Assembly: GCF_964355755.1 (NCBI RefSeq)
Contig: NC_092670.1
Coordinates: 28,384,388-28,448,387, forward strand
DNA from: Antedon mediterranea
Lineage: Eukaryota; Animalia; Echinodermata
Length of the DNA: 64,000 nt
Direction: 5' to 3'
Made by a program: the position numbers and the translations under genes. The first letter of the stretch is position 1. Each line of letters opens with the position of its first letter. The notes beneath the pieces are model-generated. The model was not told where the DNA came from and did no database searches. It saw nothing but the letters and a program-made list of their open reading frames with translations. Shown piece after piece: positions 54,256-64,000 of the stretch.

Positions 54256-55284
54256 TACACTACTTTTCACCATAAAGTTAAAAAAAAAGGTTTCGCCCGG
54301 GCTCGAACCAGGTACGTTCTGCGTGTTTTTAAGTAAACGTGATAACCACTACGCCAACAAGCCGCATGTAACTACATAGCGCTGTGGTGTGTGTCACACA
54401 TTGTGGCTTCCTAATTAAACAAATTAATTAACAAAAAAGCACGAATGTGCAATACTCGGGGTACAGAGAAAGAAGCTGTATATAGACGTATACAGTTAAA
54501 GTTAAAGAAAAATAGGTTTCGCCAGGGCTCTAACCGGGACCTTCTGCGTGTTAAGCAGACTTGACAATCACTACACTACGAAACCCACTTACACTAAAAA
54601 TGTGGGTTACAGAAAGTTTTTTAATCCATTTAAATTACAAATAAATATGGTAATAAGCACAAAGAAAAATAAACATGTGTAAAAGTGATAATTACCGATT
54701 ACACAAAATAAGTATTTAAAAAAATAATAAAAATAAGATATACTGTGTATAATTATCATATTGCGTATACAGTACTTTTCACCATAAAGTTTAAAAAAAA
54801 AAGGTTTCGTCCGGGCTCGAACCAGGTACCTTCTGCGTGTTGAGCAAACGTGATAACCACTACGCCAAGAAGCCGCATATAACTACATAACGGTGTGGTG
54901 TGTGTCACACATTGTGGCTTCTTAATTAAACAAATTAATTAACAAAAAAGCACGAATGTGCGATACTCGGGGTGCAGCAAAAGAAGCTGTAATGACGTCA
55001 TAAGACGGGATGTGACGTCACATACACATCAATAACCTACCAAATACGGCTATATGGTACCATCTTCGAGACGTCATATGGCTGCATCCGGATTGAAATC
55101 TATAAATCCGGCTCTATAGATTTGAGGACATGTCCCTGTAGTATATTCATGCTAAATCCCAGCTCAATACTACAGATAATAAGGGAGGAGTAGTACTTTA
55201 AAAATCGCACTTTTTACTCAATAGTGTCCAGATGGAGGAGAAGGAGAAAATGAGTAAGTATTAGACTCGGGTACCCCGAGTAAA

Positions 55285-58200
55285 AATATTTATTTTCAAT
55301 TAAAAAAAAAAGAAAAAAAATATCCCTAGAGGTTCGCCCCACTACTCAGAGCACTCAAACCTGAGCATTACCCGTTACGCCACAAACCAGTAGATGACTG
55401 AAGAGCTGATAATATTCTATTTATATGAAATGAATTATCAATCAATGAAAAATAATGCCATGCAACTTTGTTTCTGATTTTAAAAAAGATCCATTTGTTT
55501 AGGCCTGTCATTCACAACCCTAAAAAATATCTCATTTTCAAAAAAAATATTTATTTTCAATAAGAAAAAAAAAAGCAGTATCCCTAGAGGTTGGAACCTG
55601 CTACTGAGAGCACTCAAACCTGGGTATTACCCGTTACGCCACAAACCAGTAGATAACTGAAGAGCTGATAATAGTCTATTTATATGAAATTAATGATCAA
55701 TCAATGAAAAATAATGCCATGCAACTTTGTTTCTGATTTTAAAAAAAGGTTCATTTGTTTAGGCCTGACATTTACAACCCTCAAAATATCTCACTTTCAA
55801 AAACAATATTTATTTTCAATAAAAAAAAAAAGAAACAAAATATCCCTAGAGGTTCGAACCCACTAGTGAGAGCACTCAAACTTGAGTATTACCCGTTACG
55901 CCACAAACCAGTAGATGACTGAAGAGCTGATAATACTCTATTTATATGAAATAAATAATAAATCAATGAAAAATAATGCCATGCAACTTTGTTTCTGATT
56001 TTAAAAAAGGTCCACTTGTTTAGGCCTGATTTTTACAACTCTCAAAATATCTCACTTTCCCTAGAGGTTCGAACCCACTACTGAGAGCACTCAAACATGA
56101 GCATTATCCGTTACGCCACAAACCAGTAGATGACTGAGGAGCTGATAATAGTCTATTGATATGAAATGAATGATCAATCAATGAAAAATAATGCCATGCA
56201 ACTTTGTTTAAGATTTTAAAAAAGGTCCACTTGTTTAGGCCTGACATTTACAACCCTCAAAATATCTCACTTTCAAAAACAATATTTATTGTCTATTAAA
56301 AAAAAGAAAAGAAAAAAAATATTCGTAGAGGTTCGAACCCACTACTGAGAGAACTCAAACCTGAGCACTACTGGTTACCCCGCAAACCAGTAGATGACTG
56401 AAGAGCTGATAACAGTCTATTTATATGAAATGAATGATCAATCAATGTAAAATGATGTTATGAAACTTTGTTTCTGATTGAAAAAAATGTCCACTTGTTT
56501 ATGCCTGACATTTACAACACCCAAAATATCTCACTTTCAAAAACAATATTTATTTTCAATTAAAAAAAAAGAAAGAAAAAAAATATTCGTAGAGGTTCGA
56601 ACCCAATACTGCGAGAACTCAAACCTGAGCACTACCGGTTACGCCACAAACCAGTAGATGAGTGAAGAGCTGATAATAGTCTATTTATATGAAATGAATG
56701 ATCCATCAATGTAAAATGATGTTATGCAACTTTGTTTCTGATTTAAAAAAAGGTCCACTTGGTTATAGGCTTGACATAAAAATATCTCACTTTAAAAAAC
56801 AATATTTATTTTCAAATAAAAAAAAAAGAAAACAAAATATTCATAGAGGTTTGAACCCACTACTGAGAGAACTCAAACCTGAGCATTACCGGTTACGCCA
56901 CAAACCAGTAGATGAGTGAAGAGATGATAATAGTCTATTTATATGAAATGCTGAATAATCCATCAATATAAAATGATGTTATGCAACTTTGTTTCTGATT
57001 TAAAAAAAGGTCCACTTGGTTTGGCTTGACATTTAAAACCATAAAAATATCTCACTTTCAAAAACAATATTTATTTTCAAATATAAAAAAAAGAAAAAAA
57101 AATATTCATAGAGGTTTGAACCCACTACTGAGAGAACTCAAACCTGAGCATTACCGGTTACGCCACAAACCAGTATATGAGTGAAGAGCTGATAATAGTC
57201 TATTTATATGAAATGCTGAATAATCCATCAATGTAAAATGATGTTATGCAACTTTGTTTCTGATTTAAAAAAAGGTCCACTTGGTTAGGCTTGACATTTA
57301 AAACCATAAAAATATCTCACTTTCAAAAACAATATTTATTTTCAAATAAAAAAAAAAAAAAAAATATCCCTTGAAGTTCGAACCCACTATTGAAATCACT
57401 CAAACCTGAGCATTACCCGTTACGCCGTAAACCAGTATATGACTGAAGAGCTGATAATAGTCTATTTATATGAAATGGATGATCAATCAATGAAAAATAA
57501 TGCCATGCAACTTTGTTTCTGATTTTAAAAAAGGTTCACTTGTTTAGGCCTGACATTTACAACCCTCAAAATATCTCACTTTCAAAAACAATATTTATTT
57601 TCAATTAAAAAAAAAAGAAACAAAATATCCGTAGAGGTTCGAACCCACTAGTGAGAGCACTCAAACTTGAGTATTAGCCGTTACGCCACAAACCAGTAGA
57701 TGACTGAAGAGCTGATAATACTCTATTTATATGAAATAAATAATAAATCAATGAAAAATAATGCCATGCAACTTTGTTTCTGATTTTAAAAAAGGTCCAC
57801 TTGTTTAGGCCTGACATTTACAACCCTCAAAATATCTCATTTCAAAAACAAGATTTATTTTCAATTTAAAAAAAAAATAAAAAAAAAATCCCTAGAGGTT
57901 CGACCCACTACTCAGAGCACTCAAACCTGAGCATTACCCGTTACGCCGCAAACCAGTATATGACTGAAGAGCTGATAATAGTCTATTTATATGAAATGGA
58001 TGATCAATCAATGAAAAATAATGCCATGCAACTTTGTTTCTGATTTTAAAAAAGGTTCGCTAGTTTAGGCCTGACAGTTGCAACCCTCAAAATATCTCAC
58101 TTTCAAAAACAATATTTATTTTCAATTAAAAAAAAAAGAAAGGAAATATCCCTAGAGGTTCGAACCCACTACTGCGAACACTCAAACCTGAGCATTACCC

Positions 58201-58636
58201 GTTACGCCACAAACCAGTAGATGACTGAGTAGCTGATAATAGTCTATATATATGAAATGAATAATCAATCAATGAAAAATAATGCCATGCAACTTTGTTT
58301 CTGATTTTTAAAAATGTCCACTTGTTTAGGCCTGACATTTACAACCCTCAAAATATCTCACTTTTAAAAAACCATATTTATTTTCAATTTAAAAAAAAAA
58401 AGAAAAAACAATATCCCTAGAGGTTGGAACCCGCTACTGAGAGCACTCAAACCTGAGCATTACCCGTTAGGCCACAAACCAGTAGATGACTGAAGAGCTG
58501 ATAATAGTCTATTTATATGAAATGAATGATCAATCAATGAAAAATAATGCCATGCAACTTTGTTTCTGATTTTAAAAAAGGTTTATTTGTTTAGGCCTGA
58601 CATTTACAACCCTCAAAATATCTCACTTTCAAAAAC
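55285..58636 (-). repeat. Tandem ~260-bp tRNA-like units (13 copies)
   Basis: Same unit; motif at ~55328 through 58419; one unit shortened near 56060. Confidence 0.88.
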
Positions 58637-59332
58637 AAGCACGAATGTGCAATACTCGGGGTACAGCGAAAGAAGCTGTAATGACGTCATAAGACCGGAT
58701 GTAACGTCACATACACATCAAAAACCGCGCTACCAAATACGGCTATACGATACCATCTTCGAGACGTCATATGGCTGCATCCGGTATGAAATTAAAAAAT
58801 CCGGCTCTCTATAGCTTTGAGGACATGTCCCTGTAGTATATTCATGCTAAATCCGAGCTCAATACTACAACGAATAAGGGAGGAGTAGTACTTTATAAAT
58901 TGCACTTTTTGCTCAGTAGTGTCCGGATGGAAGAAGAAGAGGAAAAGATGAGAGAGTCCTAGACTCAGGTACCCCGACTAATAAAACGATATATACTCTA
59001 TATCATTTTACGTATACAGTATATTTCACCGTAAAGTTAAAGAAAAATAGGTTTCGCCAGGGCTCGAACCGGGACCTTCTGCGAGTTAAGCAGACTTGAC
59101 AACCACTACACTACGAAACCTCTTACACCAAAAATGTGGGTTACACAAAGTTTTTTAATCCATTTAAATTACAAATAAATTATTATGTAATAAGCACAAA
59201 GCAAGATAAACATGTGTAAAAGTGATAATTACCGATTACAGAAAATAAATATTTTTAAAAATAATAAAAATAAGATATACTGTATATCATATTACCTTAT
59301 CAGTACTTTTTACCATAAAGTTGAAAAAAAAA

Positions 59333-59404
59333 GGTTTCGCCCGGGCTCGAACCGGGGACCTTCTGCGTGTTAAGCAGACGTGATAACCACTACGCCAAGA
59401 AGCC
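59333..59404 (-). tRNA. tRNA-Val(AAC), best-preserved copy; two acceptor-stem mismatches, may be a pseudogene
   Basis: GGCTTCTTGGCGTAGTGGTTATCACGTCTGCTTAACACGCAGAAGGTCCCCGGTTCGAGCCCGGGCGAAACC: intact anticodon stem TCTGC/GCAGA, loop TTAACAC, T arm; followed by T9. Confidence 0.6.
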
Positions 59405-59987
59405 GCATATAACTACATAACGCTGTGGTGTGTGTCACACATTGTGGCTTCTTAATTAAACAAATTAATTAACAAACAAGCACGAATGTGCAATACTCGG
59501 GGTACAGCGAAAGAAGCTGTATACAGACGTATACAGTTAGCAAGTTAAGGAAAAATAGGTTTCGCCAGTGCTCGAACCGGTTCCTTCTGCGTGTTAAGCA
59601 GACTTGACAACCACTACACTACGAAACCTCTTACATTAAAAATGTGGGTTACAGAAAGTTTTTTAATCCATTTAAATTACAAATAAATGGAAATAAGCAC
59701 AAAGCAAAATAGACATGTGTAAAAGTGAAAATTACCGATTACACAAAATAAGTATTTTAAAAAATAATAAAAAATAAGATATACTCTGTATAATTATCAT
59801 ATTGCGTATACAGTACTTTTCACCATAAAGTTAAAAAAAAAGGTTTAGTCCGGGCTCGAACCAGGTACCTTCTGCGTGTTGAGCAAACGTGATAACCACT
59901 ACGCCAAGAAGCCGCATATAACTACATAACGCTGTGGTGTGTGTCACACATTGTGGCTTCTTAATTAATAAACAAATTAATTAACAA

Positions 59988-60410
59988 CTAGATTTAATTC
60001 GTCACTATGACGAATTATAGGTTATATGCATTGATTTAAATAAAGATAATTGATTTTTTAAAGATATATTGATTGATTGTTTTTCTCAGAATCTTTAATT
60101 ATTTATAATATATGATAGGACCTTGCTAACGCGAATACAATAGCCGGTATCACAATCCGATAAAAGATCCCTCTGCGTATAATGTCATAAACCACATTTG
60201 TTGTTACATATATTAATAAAGACATAAGTTACTTTTTATCTAGATTTCATTATAAATCATGTGTATAATCTATACACTAAGAAATAAATTTGAAAAGACA
60301 ATACAGATAATAAAAAAAAATCTTATTTCGTTTCCCAAGGTGAGACTCGATCTCGGTACCTTGAATGCCATAGACACGAGCAAAGACCATCGAGCCATAC
60401 ACAACTGACT
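59988..60410 (-). mobile_element. 3' fragment of HINE family 1, inverted relative to 45903-47389
   Basis: Begins CTAGATTTAATTCGTCACTATGACGAATTATAGGTTATATGCAT, the reverse complement of ~46961-47389 with some divergence. Truncated at a junction into a type-2 tRNA-Val copy. Confidence 0.9.
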
Positions 60411-62004
60411 GAACCGGGACCTTCTGCGTGTTAAGCAGACTTGACAACCACTGCACTACGAAAACCACTTACACTAAAAATGTGGGTTACAGAAAGTTTT
60501 TTAATCCATTTAAATTACAAATAAATATGGTAATATTAATAAGCACAAAGAAAAATAAACATGTGTAAAAGTGATAATTACCGATTACACAAAATAAGTA
60601 TTGAAAAAAATAATAAAAATAATATATACTGTGTATAATTATCATATTGCGTATACAGTACTTTTCACCATAAAGTTTAAAAAAAAGGTTTCGTCCGGGC
60701 TCGAACCATGTACCTTCTGCGTGTTAAGCAAACGTGATAACCACTACGCCAAGAATCCGCATATAACCATATAACTACATAACGCTGTGGTGTGTGTCAC
60801 ACATTGTGGCTTCTTAATTAAACAAATTAATTAAAAAAAAATTAAAAATCCGGCTCTATAGCTTTGAGGACATGTCCCTGTAGTATGTTCATGCCAAATC
60901 CCAGCTCAATACTACAACGAATAAGGGAGGAGTAGTACTTTAAAAATCGCACTTTTTACTCAATAGTGTCCAGATGGAGGAAGAGGAGGAGAAAATGAGT
61001 AAGTCCTAGACTCGGGTACCCCGAGTAAAAATAGGTTTCGCCAGGGCTCGAACCGGGACCTTCTGCGTGATTAAGCAGACTTGACAACCACTACACTACG
61101 AAAACCACTTACACTAAAAATATGGGTTACACTGACAGAAAGTTTTTTAATCCATTTAAATTACAAATAAATATGGTAATAAGCACAAAGAAAAATAAAC
61201 ATGTGTAAAAGTGATAATTACCGATTACACAAAATAAGTATTTAAAAAAATAATAAAAATAAGATATACTGTGTATAATTATCATATTGCGTATCAGTAC
61301 TTTTCACCATAAAGTTTAAAAAAAAGGTTTCGTCCGGGCTCGAACCAGGTACCTTCTGCGTGTTATGCAAACGTGATAACCACTACGCCAAGAATCCGCA
61401 TATAACCATATAACTACATAACGCTGTGGTGTGTGTAACACATTGTGGCTTCTTAATTAAACAAATTAATTAACAAAAAATTAAAAATCCGGCTCTATAG
61501 CTTTGAGGACATGTCCCTGTAGTATGTTCATGCCAAATCCCAGCTCAATACTACAACGAATAAGGGAGGAGTAGTACTTTAAAAATCGCACTTTTTACTC
61601 AATAGTGTCCAGATGGAGGAAGAAGAGGAGAAAATGAGTAAGTCCTAGACTCGGGTACCCCGAGTAAAAAGCACGAATGTGCGATACTCGGGGTGCAGCA
61701 AAAGAAGCTGTAATGACGTCATAAGACGGGATGTGACGTCACATACACATCAATAACCTACCAAATACGGCTATATGGTACCATCTTCGAGACGTCATAT
61801 GGCTGCATCCGGATTGAAATCTAAAAATTCGGCTCTATAGATTTGAGGACATGTCCCTGTAGTATATTCATGCTAAATCCCGGCTCAATACTACAACTAA
61901 TAAGGGAGGAGTAGTACTTTAAAAATCGCACTTTTTACTCAATAGTGTCCAGATGGAGGAGAAGGAGAAAATGAGTAAGTATTAGACTCGGGTACCCCGA
62001 GTAA

Positions 62005-63200
62005 AAATATTTATTTTCAATTAAAAAAAAAAGAAAAAAAATATCCCTAGAGGTTCGCCCCACTACTCAGAGCACTCAAACCTGAGCATTACCCGTTACG
62101 CCACAAACCAGTAGATGACTGAAGAGCTGATAATATTCTATTTATATGAAATGAATTATCAATCAATGAAAAATAATGCCATGCAACTTTGTTTCTGATT
62201 TTAAAAAAGATCCATTTGTTTAGGCCTGTCATTCACAACCGTAAAAAATATCTCATTTTCAAAAAAAATGTTTATTTTCAATAAGAAAAAAAAAAGCAGT
62301 ATCCCTAGAGGTTGGAACCTGCTACTGAGAGCACTCAAACCTGGGTATTACCCGTTACGCCACAAACCAGTAGAAGAGCTGATAATAGTCTATTTATATG
62401 AAATTAATGATCAATCAATGAAAAATAATGCCATGCAACTTTGTTTCTGATTTTAAAAAAAGGTTCATTTGTTTAGGCCTGACATTTACAACCCTCAAAA
62501 TATCTCACTTTCAAAAACAATATTTATTTTCAATAAAAAAAAAAAAGAAACAAAATATCCCTAGAGGTTCGAACCCACTAGTGAGAGCACTCAAACTTGA
62601 GTATTACCCGTTACGCCACAAACCAGTAGATGACTGAAGAGCTGATAATACTCTATTTATATGAAATAAATAATAAATCAATGAAAAATAATGCCATGCA
62701 ACTTTGTTTCTGATTTTAAAAAAGGTCCACTTGTTTAGGCCTGATTTTTACAACTCTCAAAATATCTCACTTTCCCTAGAGGTTCGAACCCACTACTGAG
62801 AGCACTCAAACATGAGCATTATCCGTTACGCCACAAACCAGTAGATGACTGAGGAGCTGATAATAGTCTATTTATATGAAATGAATGATCAATCAATGAA
62901 AAATAATGCCATGCAACTTTGTTTCAGATTTTAAAAAAGGTCCACTTGTTTAGGCCTGACATTTACAACCCTCAAAATATCTCACTTTCAAAAACAATAT
63001 TTATTGTCTATTAAAAAAAAGAAAAGAAAAAAAATATTCGTAGAGGTTCGAACCCACTACTGAGAGAACTCAAACCTGAGCACTACTGGTTACCCCGCAA
63101 ACCAGTAGATGAGTGAAGAGCTGATAATAGTCTATTTATATGAAATGCTGAATAATCCATCAATGTAAAATGATGTTATGCAACTTTGTTTCTGATTTAA
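62005..63200 (-). repeat. Tandem ~260-bp tRNA-like units (5 copies)
   Basis: Motif at ~62048, 62307, 62563, 62778, 63042; collinear with 55285-56400, including the shortened unit. Confidence 0.88.
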
Positions 63201-64000
63201 ACAAGCACGAATGTGCAATACTCGGGGTACAGCGAAAGAAGCTGTATACAGACGTATACAGTTAGAAAGTAAAGAAAATAGGTTTCGCCAGGGCTCGAAC
63301 CGGGACCTTCTGCGTGTTAAGCAGACTTGACAACCACTACACTACGAAACCTCTTACATTAAAAATGTGGGTTACAGAAAGTTTTTTTATCCATTTAAAT
63401 TACAAATAAATGGTAATAAGCACAAAGCAAAATAAACATGTGTAAAAGTGATAATTACCGATTACACAAAATAAGTATTTTAAAAAATAATAAAAATAAG
63501 ATATACTCTGTATAATTATCATATTGCGTATACAGTACTTTTCACCATAAAGTTTAAAAAAAAGGTTTCGTCCGGGCTCGAACCAGGTACCTTCTGCGTG
63601 TTAAGCAAACGTGATAACCACTACGCCAAGAATCCGCATATAACCATATAACTACATAACGCTGTGGTGTGTGTCACACATTGTGGCTTCTTAATTAAAC
63701 AAATTAATGAACAAAAAATTAAAAATCCGGCTCTATAGCTTTGAGGACATGTCCCTGTAGTATGTTCATGCCAAATCCCAGCTCAATACTATAACGAATA
63801 AGGGAGGAGTAGTACTTTAAAAATCGCACTTTTTACTCAATAGTGTCCAGATGGAGGAAGAGAAGGAGAAAATGAGTAAGTACTAGACTCGGGTACCCCG
63901 AGTAAAAAGCACGAATGTTCGATACTCGGGGTGCAGCAAAAGAAGCTGTAATGACGTCATAAGACGGGATGTGACGTCACATACACATCAATAACCTACC

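Larger units (their letters stand above)
49449..64000 (-). repeat. Composite macro-repeat of tRNA-Val-like genes, HINE family 2 and 260-bp Pol III-type units
   Basis: Anchor AATTATCATATTGCGTA recurs at ~49449, 53828, 54751, 59794, 60637, 61277 and 63514. The module order tRNA-Val / HINE / 260-bp array repeats three times with variable copy number. Confidence 0.9.

Noticed and set aside
51131-62637. Short ORFs in the 260-bp arrays and HINEs (51131, 52686, 56698, 58560, 60277, 62268, 62428)
   Set aside because: Frames are not conserved between near-identical copies and are broken by variable A-run lengths.

Overview
Eukaryotic (metazoan, probably invertebrate) heterochromatic or pericentromeric DNA with no intact host protein gene. 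About 518-49448 is an AT-rich 88-bp satellite array with higher-order repeats and a ~10.4-kb inverted block (33020-43420). Three non-autonomous Gypsy-type LTR elements interrupt it. Element A (19029-25938, tRNA-Trp PBS, intact integrase) carries a nested 3.77-kb CAC...GTG DNA transposon with a relic, intron-containing Chapaev/RAG1-Transib-like transposase. Its ends are bipartite and asymmetric (12- vs 22-bp spacers), resembling recombination signal sequences. Element B (26282-29645) has a duplicated 3' LTR plus flank at 1-517. Element C (43502-47549, tRNA-Leu PBS) has a Helentron-type (HINE) insertion in its 3' LTR. From ~49449 to the end is a different macro-repeat: tRNA-Val(AAC)-like copies, a short HINE family, a LINE 3' fragment, and ~28 tandem 260-bp units that each carry a Pol III A box, B box and oligo-T terminator around a non-canonical tRNA-like RNA. 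All family assignments are by eye from motifs and structure; no database search was run.
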